IMG/VR virus record: IMGVR_UViG_2675903591_000001
Coordinates: 5,429-69,428 of that record
DNA from: a virus
DNA length: 64,000 nt
Strand: one strand, 5' to 3'
Part shown: positions 9,963-19,340 of the stretch, piece after piece
How positions within the stretch are numbered: position 1 is the stretch's first letter
Layout of the letters: each line of letters begins with the position of its first letter
The notes under the pieces: generated by a model
The model's input: only the letters and a program-made list of their open reading frames with translations
Databases searched by the model: none
Told to the model about the DNA's origin: nothing
Program-made: the position numbers and the translations under genes

Positions 9963-10402
9963 TCAACACCTGATCAGTTGAAAGCAAAACCTCAAAAATT
10001 TATAAGATAGGTATTTACCTACCTACTTATATCAATTATAGTCGCTTTCGTTTTCGGCGGTGAGCGATTATTTTTACTTTTAAAATAAATGCAAACGACA
10101 CTCAGTACCTGGCAGTAGCGTAATAGCCAAACACCAGCAGGGTCAGTCTCCAGCCCTGTTATCGAAATGGAGCAGACTGAGCGAGTCTGATTACGGAACG
10201 CAGGGACGGTGGCCACGGCCACCCGACCGATGGGGTAACGAGATGGGTGGGGGTAATTCCGACATGAACACCCGGGTTTTAAAGGCACTTCCGCCCATCT
10301 CGTTACGTCATTCCATATTACTTATGTCATTTATTCTTGGGTTGAATAATCGTAGACGTAGCCCGGCTGGCATGGTTAGCCAGCACAAATTCAGGGATCG
10401 AT

Positions 10403-10612
10403 ATGCAAGACGTTGATGAGCTTAAGCGAGCGGCCGCAACACTCTTTGTCAAAGCTATTCAGCAGAATCGTGGTGATTACGGCTCCGCGAGCACTGTAGA
10501 AGCGGTAAAGCAAGGGTGTTCGACGATGACAATAAGCCACGACGGAACTATATCGGCCTACAAAGATGGTGTGCTGAGAGTGCGAATGGGTAGCCTTGTT
10601 GGTGATTCGTAA
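10403..10612 (+). CDS. hypothetical small protein (69 aa)
   Basis: ORF following a 350-bp structured non-coding region. Confidence 0.4.
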   Translation: MQDVDELKRAAATLFVKAIQQNRGDYGSASTVEAVKQGCSTMTISHDGTISAYKDGVLRVRMGSLVGDS

Positions 10613-10740
10613 TGATTCCATACATCTCAGAATTTAGATCCACACCACGCACCTAACCTTGGTGCTCGTGACAAGATTTTTTAGCTTTGCAGTATCAATG
10701 CCCCTCGAAGGGCTACATATAAAATACAAAGGAAAAACAC

Positions 10741-11352
10741 ATGTCAGAAGTCAAAAAGGTTATCACCGCGTCCGACCGTTCAGCTAAAGGCGTTGTTAAA
10801 GCTGTTGCCGATCTGAGCAAGGTTGCAGTCGAGCTGACAGCTCTGGCGCAGTCTAACGTCAACCTGGCCGAAGAAATTGAGTTCAAGCAATCCCAGCTGG
10901 CCGACCTGGATAACCAGATCAACACCAAAGAGCGTGAAGGTGCTGCACAGCTGCGACTGCGTGTTATCGAAAACGAAGACCGCGTACTGGCTGACCTGAT
11001 GAAAGCTCGTGGCCTGGCGACCATCTCCGTTGCTGATCTGAACCAGCTGAACACTCGTGCAGTGAACGCTGAAGCAGGCAATGAGCAGGCAGTTGAAGAA
11101 GCGCGTACCTCTGCATTCCGTCAGGCTGACTCTGCTTCCAAAGCTCAGATTGCTCAGCTGCAGGGCGATCACCGTGTTGAAATGGCTGAACTGAACGCAA
11201 ACAGCAAAGCCAAAGACAACCGCATCGAGTTCCTCGAAGCGCAGGTGACTCAGCTGCAGGGCGAAGTGAAAGCTGAACGTGACACTCGTCTGGAAATCGC
11301 TAAAGCGGAATCTAACCGCCAGGGCGTTACCGTAAACACCGGTAAGAACTAA
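10741..11352 (+). CDS. coiled-coil protein (KfrA-like or structural), strongly biased codon usage
   Basis: heptad-rich, alanine/glutamine/glutamate-rich sequence; canonical AAAACACATG start; codon choice (ctg, cgt, gct, gaa) typical of highly expressed genes. Confidence 0.6.
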   Translation: MSEVKKVITASDRSAKGVVKAVADLSKVAVELTALAQSNVNLAEEIEFKQSQLADLDNQINTKEREGAAQLRLRVIENEDRVLADLMKARGLATISVADLNQLNTRAVNAEAGNEQAVEEARTSAFRQADSASKAQIAQLQGDHRVEMAELNANSKAKDNRIEFLEAQVTQLQGEVKAERDTRLEIAKAESNRQGVTVNTGKN

Positions 11353-11532
11353 GTTGCGTGTCTGTTCCCCTCCGGGGGAACAGCACATCGTAGAGCGGGT
11401 TGGGTTTATTTATTCACTTAAAGACTCCGCTAACAGTCCCCAGCCCGCTCTACGCTGTGTACGCAGCAGATTATGTCTGCAATCGGTAGCTGACATCGTC
11501 GAACTCCAAACCTTACTTATAGCGCAAATACC

Positions 11533-11556
11533 AAAGGGGCTTCGGCCCCTTTTTTG
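11533..11556 (+). terminator. rho-independent terminator AAAGGGGC-TTCG-GCCCCTTTTTT
   Basis: perfect GC stem with a T-run. Confidence 0.7.
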
Positions 11557-11567
11557 TTGAGGCAAAT

Positions 11568-12161
11568 ATGGCAAGAATGAACGATTGGGATGCTTTTGAA
11601 AGGTACAAAGCACAATTACGGGGCTATGAAGATCACGCCAATAATCGCTTCAGCACAAGGATGCCGGCCTGCTTAACGGAAGCATTTGAAAGGTCGATGA
11701 TGAACAGTGATACCTCTTTCACTTACCAGCGTATCCAATACAAGAACACCATGCCTGGGCGGTTCATTCAGGTGATCGGAGATGGTAGAGAAATTCGGCC
11801 ACTGAGCTGTATGCAGTTACGCACAAACTTTCTAAGCAGCCGCGAGCGCTATAACGTTGCTCAAATGCCAATGATGCCTTCGACATTCGAAGATGACCCA
11901 TCAGACCCTCTCGTAAGCAGAGCGTTTAAAACCGTTGCGCTCTCTTCTTTCGTTACCATTTCAATGTCCACGTTGGATAGCAGAAGCCGTCACTTCACTC
12001 TCTACTTTGCAGACAAATTTATAGACGGAGCTATTAGCTTCAGCCCGATATTCTTTGAATCTAACGGCGCACGAGTGCCGGACAACGCACCGGCGGAAGA
12101 ATATCTAACCTGGCCACGTCGCACAGGCAGAAACGAGTTTCTGGCTCGATTTACCAGCTAA
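11568..12161 (+). CDS. hypothetical protein (197 aa)
   Basis: ORF in backbone orientation. Confidence 0.5.
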   Translation: MARMNDWDAFERYKAQLRGYEDHANNRFSTRMPACLTEAFERSMMNSDTSFTYQRIQYKNTMPGRFIQVIGDGREIRPLSCMQLRTNFLSSRERYNVAQMPMMPSTFEDDPSDPLVSRAFKTVALSSFVTISMSTLDSRSRHFTLYFADKFIDGAISFSPIFFESNGARVPDNAPAEEYLTWPRRTGRNEFLARFTS

Positions 12162-12256
12162 GAATAATAGGTAGTGACCTACCAAACATTATTGGCTATT
12201 CTTGTCACGAATTTATTAGGCAATGGACGCCTACATACTCACGAAGGGAATCAAAA

Positions 12257-12745
12257 ATGTCAGAAGTTAAACTGCCAGAGTACCAGAGCATCAAGGTGGT
12301 TGGCGCCGCAAAAATCGCTTCAATCACCGGCACTGCAATCGGCCTGGATCTCCACAAAAGCATCGTAGAGATTGAAGTTGGCCGCGCCTGGGTTGCTCGC
12401 CACCAACCAGAAGTCGGTGGCTACTTTGTTCGCTATGAAGACGGCTATGAGTCGTATTCACCGGCTGAAGCGTTTGAGAAAGGTTATCTGGCGCTCGCAG
12501 ACGCAGGTTTCGCTGCTTCATTTGGCGTCTCGTTTGGTATCGCCATCGAGCTGCTTAAAGAGGGTGATCGTGTGGCTCGCAAGGGCTGGAACGGTAAAGG
12601 GATGTGGCTTGAGCTGCAACGCCCGGACGCTGACAGTGACATGACGCTCCCATACATCTATATGCGTACTGCAGACGGGCAGAACGTACCGTGGCTGGCC
12701 AGCCAAACCGATATGCTCAGTGAAGATTGGGTGATCGTGAAATGA
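12257..12745 (+). CDS. hypothetical protein. The C-terminal domain is reminiscent of the DUF2829 family, the family that contains the Thoeris anti-defence protein Tad2. This is recalled from memory and unverified
   Basis: motif GDRVARKGWNGKGMWLELQ ... TADGQNVPWLASQTDMLSEDWVIV. Confidence 0.5.
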   Translation: MSEVKLPEYQSIKVVGAAKIASITGTAIGLDLHKSIVEIEVGRAWVARHQPEVGGYFVRYEDGYESYSPAEAFEKGYLALADAGFAASFGVSFGIAIELLKEGDRVARKGWNGKGMWLELQRPDADSDMTLPYIYMRTADGQNVPWLASQTDMLSEDWVIVK

Positions 12746-13200
12746 CAGACGCAGAACTGGAACAGCAGCTGCTCGACAAAGGACTAACCGCACCTCGCGT
12801 TACTCTGGAGCACATCGAGAGCCTGATTGCTGAAGAGCATTATTTCTCAGCTTACGACGGCATTCGATCAGCTAACCAGGGCGTCGATGCAGCTTGGTGG
12901 GCTAACACGGCCGCCGACCGTCATACGTTTTGCTATTTGCTACTGACCAACGGTTACACTGTCACGGGTGAGAATGCGTGTGTTAGCAAAGAAAACTTTG
13001 ATCCTGAGTTGAGCCGCCAGCTGGCACGCCGCAACGCTATTGCAAAAATTTGGCCTCTTGAGGGCTACCTTTTAAAACAAACATTGAGTGATGAACAGAA
13101 TGGTAAAAGTGAAAATTTATGGCAAAGAACAGTGCGCCTACTGCAAAAACGCAAAGGAGCTGGCCGAGCAACTACAGAGCCAGGGCAAGCTGACGTTTGA
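12742..13200 (+). CDS. hypothetical protein (start ATGA-coupled at 12742)
   Basis: ATG overlaps the upstream stop; contains a WW pair. Confidence 0.45.
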   Translation: MTDAELEQQLLDKGLTAPRVTLEHIESLIAEEHYFSAYDGIRSANQGVDAAWWANTAADRHTFCYLLLTNGYTVTGENACVSKENFDPELSRQLARRNAIAKIWPLEGYLLKQTLSDEQNGKSENLWQRTVRLLQKRKGAGRATTEPGQADV

Positions 13201-13342
13201 GTACATCGACATCCAGGTCGCCGGAATCGGTGCGGCTGAGCTGAGTGAACTTGTTGGCCAGCCGGTAAAGCAAGTGCCCCAAATCTTCGTTGATGACAAG
13301 CCGGTGGGCGGCTACACTCAGTTTTCAGCGATTAAGTTCTAA
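13088..13342 (+). CDS. glutaredoxin (NrdH/GrxA-like)
   Basis: active-site CAYC, then the C-terminal VPQIFVDDKPVGGY glutaredoxin signature. Confidence 0.8.
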   Translation: MMNRMVKVKIYGKEQCAYCKNAKELAEQLQSQGKLTFEYIDIQVAGIGAAELSELVGQPVKQVPQIFVDDKPVGGYTQFSAIKF

Positions 13343-13435
13343 GACAAGGCTCCGTTCGGAGCCTTTTCATTTGGCTTGGCCACCTTTCCCATTACGTTAA
13401 AAATTACGTAATTCCAGCAATACTGAGTAATAACA

Positions 13436-13774
13436 ATGCGCCATAGAGATACTTTCGACGGTTGGCCTGATGAGCAGGTGATCGCATTCATGACCGAAAA
13501 CCATTACACCAACATCCGAAAATTGCCTGATGGCGAATGGTGTGGATTGTTCCGCCTGGCATTTACGTGGTCGGTTTGTATGGGCGTAACCCCACTCACC
13601 TCTTTCCGCTACCGTTGGTGCTTTGCCGATCGCGAGGAAGCGCTCTACCTCATTGAGACGGCTGAAGAATATGACGGCGTACCGGTTCGAAAAACGTCAC
13701 TGAAGGGGCATCGCTATCCGTATGGCCAGGCTCTATACAAAGAGAAAGACGAGCACGGATTTGAAAAGTGGTGA
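13436..13774 (+). CDS. hypothetical protein (112 aa)
   Basis: ORF followed by the hairpin AAAAAGGCTCCTATGTAGGAGCCTCATTT. Confidence 0.5.
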   Translation: MRHRDTFDGWPDEQVIAFMTENHYTNIRKLPDGEWCGLFRLAFTWSVCMGVTPLTSFRYRWCFADREEALYLIETAEEYDGVPVRKTSLKGHRYPYGQALYKEKDEHGFEKW

Positions 13775-13836
13775 AGAGTAAATGAAAAAGGCTCCTATGT
13801 AGGAGCCTCATTTCTGGTCGAGCGGGATAATGAAAA

Positions 13837-14010
13837 TTATCCGATACTTACTGGCTTTACGCCTTTCTTTGGGCCGACCATATCCATGTCTTTCTCTTTC
13901 TGGCCAACCTTTGCAAGTTTATTGCCATCGATAGACGACCAAAAATCCAGAGAGCGTTTAGCCCCAGCCATCGCCTTATCAGAAGTAATTCGTTTGCTTT
14001 GCTTAATCAT
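13837..14010 (-). CDS. small Lys-rich protein (57 aa from MIKQSKR)
   Basis: - strand ORF within an island of reversed orientation. Confidence 0.35.
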   Translation of the reverse strand: MIKQSKRITSDKAMAGAKRSLDFWSSIDGNKLAKVGQKEKDMDMVGPKKGVKPVSIG

Positions 14011-14102
14011 TTTGTCACCTCTTTGGCCAAAGCCTTCATGAACAATTTTACAACAGTTGCGTTCATTAAACAAACAACCCAATACGCCACATATGTGAGG
14101 GG

Positions 14103-14675
14103 TTATTCTTCATCAGGGTCAATTCCATTAACCTTGATTCGAATAGTGTCGAGAACATCAATCACATCGGCAGACATCTTTGTGAAATCATTCCATACTT
14201 GGGCGAACCCGTAACTACGATAACGCGGTTTCGCTTCTTCTGTCGGGTCTTTAAGGTAAATGGTGTCAAGATCTGCCATCTCGCAGAAGGTTGTTGCGTA
14301 AATTAGCGCAATGATAAGTACATTGCCTGTTAAGTCCGTCTCTTCATGGGCGATAAAATTCTCTAACATGCAGATAGCAAACTGCTCACGGAGCACATCA
14401 TATTTGCAGATAATTACTGCCTGAAGACGTTCAGGTTCATCGCGGTCGATCAGCTTCAATGTTATATCGAGGATTCCATCAACGGCGTTGCCGTTGTAGG
14501 TTTCCATAGCCCATCGCCAATTCAAGTTGCTCTGAACGGTTCCAGCCTCAAGTAGACGTCTTTCCTCTTCACTCAAAATGCCTACTGAGATATTAGTCCA
14601 ACCGATGATCTCAATGGCTTCCTGTGTGGTGGCCAGGCATTGCTCATGGATTTGCTGTATGGATAAGTCGCTCAC
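14103..14675 (-). CDS. hypothetical protein (190 aa), - strand
   Basis: long ORF with no recognisable motif; lies beside the recombinase module. Confidence 0.5.
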   Translation of the reverse strand: MSDLSIQQIHEQCLATTQEAIEIIGWTNISVGILSEEERRLLEAGTVQSNLNWRWAMETYNGNAVDGILDITLKLIDRDEPERLQAVIICKYDVLREQFAICMLENFIAHEETDLTGNVLIIALIYATTFCEMADLDTIYLKDPTEEAKPRYRSYGFAQVWNDFTKMSADVIDVLDTIRIKVNGIDPDEE

Positions 14676-14800
14676 TAAATGGTTCCCTTTAGCTTGATTC
14701 CCTTCGGCAATTGTATCTCCAGCCCCCTTTAAAGTTAATCTATTAACTTCTACACAATCAGCCTGGATAAAATGTCAAAATTCAAGAAACGAGCCTTTTA

Positions 14801-14829
14801 TGATTCCATACTTATATAGTATGGAATCA
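14801..14829. repeat. 29-bp inverted repeat TGATTCCATAC-TTATATA-GTATGGAATCA (11-7-11; 12-bp arms if the spacer is read as TATAT), a candidate recombinase target site
   Basis: perfect arms; lies 46 bp upstream of the tyrosine recombinase start; no T-run, so not a terminator. Confidence 0.5.
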
Positions 14830-14874
14830 TTGTAAAATCCGAGCTATGCTGACCCTAAAAAAGAGGTTTCGCAT

Positions 14875-16005
14875 ATGCGCAGTGATTTTGATCTGGCTAA
14901 GGCAGCAGAGAACTGTTCCGCAGAGACGATCGCGTTTTTGCAGACCGTCATCGAGTCGCCGCTTGACCAGCTGGAAGATTTCAGTGATTCCGACCCGGCA
15001 TTCAGGAAAGCATTCATGCTTTTCACTCGGCTATCTTTGTTAGTGACTCGCCGCCGACCCGAGCTTGGTGTCCACTGTATTTTGATACATGTTTTGCCTA
15101 AAATTGGCGATCTTCCTCTGTCCAAAATCACAAAAGTGGTCGTTAACCGGCTGACTAACCCGCTGATCATGGAAGGCAAAATTGTTCAGGGAAAACGTGT
15201 CTTTTCCATAATGAAGCAATTCCTAGCCTGGTGCGTGTTTCAGGGGTATCTAGAGAACTCACCAGTTGGCGACATTCCACTGAACAAAGTTGGTGGCTCA
15301 AACCCTAAGCCCAGGGAGCGCACTCTAACCGACGCTGAAATCTGGGTGTTCTGGCATGTATGGGATTACTTCGAAGTCTGCGAGGTGACGCGCTGGGCTG
15401 CCAGATTGACGCTTGCTGCTGCTCGACGCCCTGACGAGATACTACGTGCAAAATCCGCTGAGTTTGACCTCACCAATAACATATGGAACCAGGGTCGTCG
15501 CAACAAGTCGAATCGAGACCACCGGTTGCCCATCAGCCCGATTATGAAACTCTGTATCGAACGGCTGCTTGCCGCTGGCGAGGGGAGCGAATGGCTATGC
15601 CCATCTAATAAGAAAGCGGGCCGACCGATGTCTAAGGTGGCCATCAGCCAATCTCTACGCCGAATCCTTGAAACACCTGAAATGCTTGCGCTTGAGCCTT
15701 TCACTCCGCGTGACCTCCGCAGGACTGCAAGAAGCTGCCTGGCAAGCTTGGATGTACCGAGTGACGTATCAAGAAAGGTTTTAAATCAAAGCCTTGAAGG
15801 CATAGATCGTGTATACGATAGGCACGACTATATAGATCAAATGCAAGAAGCACTGTACAAATACTCAGTATTTTTGTTTAATATAGTCGAAAGCGAGGGG
15901 GTGGAGGATTTGAGCCACAAATACAAAGGCGACCGCCTGGATCTCTCAAACAGTCGCCTTGGGCTTGGTGTCGTTAATTTTCGATTGCGGCAAGTATCTT
16001 CTTGA
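14875..16005 (+). CDS. int: tyrosine recombinase / integrase
   Basis: C-terminal catalytic signature FTPRDLRRTA ... H ... VYDRHDY (R-H-R-Y) and an Arg-rich core. Confidence 0.8.
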   Translation: MRSDFDLAKAAENCSAETIAFLQTVIESPLDQLEDFSDSDPAFRKAFMLFTRLSLLVTRRRPELGVHCILIHVLPKIGDLPLSKITKVVVNRLTNPLIMEGKIVQGKRVFSIMKQFLAWCVFQGYLENSPVGDIPLNKVGGSNPKPRERTLTDAEIWVFWHVWDYFEVCEVTRWAARLTLAAARRPDEILRAKSAEFDLTNNIWNQGRRNKSNRDHRLPISPIMKLCIERLLAAGEGSEWLCPSNKKAGRPMSKVAISQSLRRILETPEMLALEPFTPRDLRRTARSCLASLDVPSDVSRKVLNQSLEGIDRVYDRHDYIDQMQEALYKYSVFLFNIVESEGVEDLSHKYKGDRLDLSNSRLGLGVVNFRLRQVSS

Positions 16006-16354
16006 GCTTTTCATCTGAAAGAGTGCCGGATGCTTTTGTTTTGTCTCTTAAGGCATTGATTATCTGGCGCTCTTCGTCACTTAGACCAGGGAGGTTTTTC
16101 TTTATGAATTGGTGGATGACCGGGTATCGTTCTTCCAGCACCAGCATCATAAAGCGGGTCTCATCTGTGCTAAGAGCTTCAGCGAGAAGGGATACTTTTT
16201 CCAATGGCATCGGCAGTCGGCCGGTTTTGATATTGGAAAGGTTGTTTGCGTTTTCGTAGCCAATCTCAGATGCGATCTGAGTCTGGGACTTTGGGGAGGT
16301 CAAAATTAGCCCCTCAATAAACGCTGAAATGCGGTTACCTTTTTTAGCGACCAT
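15974..16354 (-). CDS. XRE-family HTH transcriptional regulator (CI/Cro-like)
   Basis: helix-turn-helix KSQTQIASEIGYENANNLSNIKTGR; divergent from a 250-bp AT-rich control region. Confidence 0.7.
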   Translation of the reverse strand: MVAKKGNRISAFIEGLILTSPKSQTQIASEIGYENANNLSNIKTGRLPMPLEKVSLLAEALSTDETRFMMLVLEERYPVIHQFIKKNLPGLSDEERQIINALRDKTKASGTLSDEKLKKILAAIEN

Positions 16355-16609
16355 AATATATTTTTTTCCTGCTTACTTATGCGAAATAATTCTTAATAGA
16401 GAGGTGTCATTTGCACCATTGCCCTGAGTGTATTACCGGCTAGAAAGTAAGTAAAGGGTTATCCCTGCATAACGATAAGTAACCCACTAACTATTCAGAA
16501 TACGCCCATATCTCAAGGCGTAATGAGAATTGTTTTTGATATAAAACCTTTGATTTTTGTTACATACCGTATAAGATGCCGCCTCATTAAATAAGAACTG
16601 TCTCAAAGG

Positions 16610-16828
16610 TTGTTTATGGATGATCTAATTGCCTCCTTGAAGGCACTTGGCGTAGGTATGATTATCGCCGTTCCTTACCATTTAGTTTCTGACATTATCC
16701 TTCGCTGCAACGGTATTGACATTGACTGCGGAGACGACGCCGTCGCATGTTTTCACATCAGCATTGCGCAAATGAAGTACACCCTTGCCTGCACTGGCGA
16801 AACCAATCTGGTCACACGTTTTCTTTAA
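16610..16828 (+). CDS. small hypothetical protein (72 aa), divergent from the repressor
   Basis: short ORF in the position of a cro-like gene; no HTH recognised. Confidence 0.35.
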   Translation: MFMDDLIASLKALGVGMIIAVPYHLVSDIILRCNGIDIDCGDDAVACFHISIAQMKYTLACTGETNLVTRFL

Positions 16829-16960
16829 TTCTCTTTAGCCTTTCTTAAAATCCAAACCTTGTTACTAGCCTGCGCGTTAATGGTCTCATTCATTGCGCGC
16901 AATGTTATTATCACCACTCAGAAAACAAATTGTTTTCATAAACAAGAAATGGAAAAGCAC

Positions 16961-19243
16961 ATGAAAAACAAACAAAAAATTAGAAAAGAGGTTCAGATAT
17001 TTCGCGAAAGTGTTCGCAAGGTTGTTGTCATGCTCTCCGGTAAAGACATTCCTGTGGCAGAACGTGGAAGCCGCGCATACGTCGAATACAACAAAGATGG
17101 GACGCCTTGCATGGTGAACCTACCTTCTCTGCCAGATGATGCCACTGATGGCCTCATGAACGCGATCCGTGGCTTCCTTGACCATGAAGTCGCCCACCTC
17201 CTTTTCACCGACTCGAAGCTAGCATTTAAGCTACTCGAAAAGAAAGACAGCCCAGCTTTTCACCTCTGGAACGCTGTTGAAGACACCTTCATTGAACGAC
17301 GCATGGGTGAGGTTTTTTCTGGCTCTAAACGCAACCTTGTCAACACGCAACGGCATGTAATTGAAAAACTTTTCGTTCCGAAAGTGGATGATGCACTAAA
17401 GGCTTTATCACGTAACCCGCGGGATCTCTTTCTAAAGTTCCTGTTAATGCCAGCTTTACGTGCCTGGGCGGGACAAACGCCTTTTATTGAGTTCATGGAG
17501 CCGTATTGGGCTTATGTTCGCGATCCTGTATCAAAACTAAGTAAAGGTGGTGTGCCGGCTGCTGTGCCAATGTTGATGAGCACCGAAGATTGCATCAAGC
17601 TGGCAGGCCGCATTTCACTGGCTTTAAAGGAAGAAATGGAGAAACCAGAAGGTGAATCTGGACATGGTGATTCGGAGGAAAATGATTCGCCTGATCATGT
17701 AGGTAGTGAACAACCTACTAAATCAAATGATGAATCTGTTAGTGATAAGCCTGGCAGTGATGATGAGACGCAGGAAGAAGAAGAGCCTGCTCCTGTAAAT
17801 AATAGTAATGAAGATAATATAAAAGATAAGGAAGAAGGCTCTGAATCAGATACTGACTCCAGCAACGCTAATGACTCCCAGCCTAAAGATGGTGACGCTC
17901 ACGAGGATGACGCCCCAGCTACATCAGGTGATGGTGATGGTAAACCAGAAGGTGAAGAGGAATCTGATCAGTCTGAAGGGTTTGGTGGATTTGAGGGCGA
18001 GTCGGACGACAATGAACCATATAATGAGCAGCCTGAAAGTGGTTCGGGCGGTGCAGACGATACTGATTCAGCGGCCAACTCAAATGACCAACAAAGCACA
18101 CCAGGTGATCTAGAAAGTGATGGTCGTCAGGAAGCCACCCAGGGCGATCTAAACGAAGAAGATGGCGGTACTGGTGAAATTCCATTGGACGCAGCGTTTA
18201 AGGCGCTGGAAGGCACTGAGGTGGCTCCAGAGCAAGGTATGGAGGAAGCGCTCAACGAGGTAATGGCCAACGAGCTGAAAGGTGTGCCAAAAGGCTCATA
18301 TCGCCCATATCAACGCTCCTACGACTTTATTGGCCCGATTGATGAAGTTGAGAACCATCTCCGCAAAACTCATAAAGCTTTTGGCCGCATCCATCTTAAC
18401 CGTGTTTTAAAGAACTGGCGTATCGACGACGAAGGCACCAGTTTATTTGCCTCGAATGTCGAGCGTCGTCTCGCTGATGGATCGGCTTCAACACTGGCTA
18501 AAGACCTTGAACGTGCCATTGCGAGCCGTAACAAAGTCCAGTTCGTACCTGGTCAACGTCGTGGAAAAGTGCATAGCGCTAATTTGTACCGACTGTCTAT
18601 GAACGATGACCGCGTATTCCGTCGCAAGGAAGACCATAAGGCAGTAAACGCTTGTGTGCAGCAGGTTATCGACTTGTCTGGCTCGATGCAGGGTTCGAAA
18701 ATTTGTCTCGCACTGGCCTGCGCCTACACAATTTCTGACGCGCTCGATCGCATAAATGTTCCGAACATCATTACCGGGTTTACAACTGCAGGCTGTGACA
18801 TCGATGCAGCAAGGAAGATGGGTCGCGGCTACAACCGCTATGAATCATTGATGCTCCCCACTATCAAGGGTTGGCACGAACGAGCAAACACGCCCACCAC
18901 ACGCAAACGCTTAGGCTGCTTGTCAGAGAGATTCCCCCTTGAAGACAACATTGATGGTGAATCAATTATGGCTTTAGCTCAGCACTTTGCTGGCCGCACT
19001 GAGGATAAGAAAATCATGCTTGTCATGAGTGACGGTGCACCAGCTGGAATCGGTCATGACTTCAGCGACCATCTTAAAGCTGTGGCTGAGTCAATAGAAG
19101 GCAGTGGTCTTATCGAACTAATGGGTATCGGCATTCTTACGGATGCTCCCAGCCGGTTCTACAAGAACCACGTCGAAGTTAAAAAAGTGGAAGACCTGGG
19201 CGCCACTGTCGTGAGGAAATTGTCTCAATTGATACTTGGCTAA
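16961..19243 (+). CDS. vWA-domain protein with a long acidic low-complexity linker (CobT-like)
   Basis: MIDAS motif VIDLSGSMQG; D/E/S-rich 250-aa segment; start taken at the GGAAAAGCACATG context, not the track's upstream Met. Confidence 0.75.
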   Translation: MKNKQKIRKEVQIFRESVRKVVVMLSGKDIPVAERGSRAYVEYNKDGTPCMVNLPSLPDDATDGLMNAIRGFLDHEVAHLLFTDSKLAFKLLEKKDSPAFHLWNAVEDTFIERRMGEVFSGSKRNLVNTQRHVIEKLFVPKVDDALKALSRNPRDLFLKFLLMPALRAWAGQTPFIEFMEPYWAYVRDPVSKLSKGGVPAAVPMLMSTEDCIKLAGRISLALKEEMEKPEGESGHGDSEENDSPDHVGSEQPTKSNDESVSDKPGSDDETQEEEEPAPVNNSNEDNIKDKEEGSESDTDSSNANDSQPKDGDAHEDDAPATSGDGDGKPEGEEESDQSEGFGGFEGESDDNEPYNEQPESGSGGADDTDSAANSNDQQSTPGDLESDGRQEATQGDLNEEDGGTGEIPLDAAFKALEGTEVAPEQGMEEALNEVMANELKGVPKGSYRPYQRSYDFIGPIDEVENHLRKTHKAFGRIHLNRVLKNWRIDDEGTSLFASNVERRLADGSASTLAKDLERAIASRNKVQFVPGQRRGKVHSANLYRLSMNDDRVFRRKEDHKAVNACVQQVIDLSGSMQGSKICLALACAYTISDALDRINVPNIITGFTTAGCDIDAARKMGRGYNRYESLMLPTIKGWHERANTPTTRKRLGCLSERFPLEDNIDGESIMALAQHFAGRTEDKKIMLVMSDGAPAGIGHDFSDHLKAVAESIEGSGLIELMGIGILTDAPSRFYKNHVEVKKVEDLGATVVRKLSQLILG

Positions 19244-19249
19244 GCTGTG

Positions 19250-19285
19250 CCGATAAAGATAAGTAGGCAGCTACTTATCTTTTTA
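19250..19285 (+). terminator. hairpin AAGATAAGTAGGC-AG-CTACTTATCTT followed by TTTT
   Basis: inverted repeat then a T-run after the vWA gene. Confidence 0.5.
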
Positions 19286-19340
19286 TCTTAAAATTATTAC
19301 TATAAGCACCAGATAAACAAAAACGAGAAAGGAAAAGCAC

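Noticed and set aside
10780-11388. 202-aa - strand ORF antisense to the coiled-coil gene (and similar long antisense ORFs at 27947..28609, 23384..23920, 48268..49044, 40351..40902)
   Set aside because: They are mirror ORFs inside strongly supported sense genes that have biased codon usage or motifs. They have no start contexts and low-complexity translations
14801-14829. 29-bp palindrome as an intrinsic terminator
   Set aside because: The stem is AT-rich and no T-run follows. Its position at the recombinase 5' end and the 11-7-11 geometry fit a protein-binding or recombination site better
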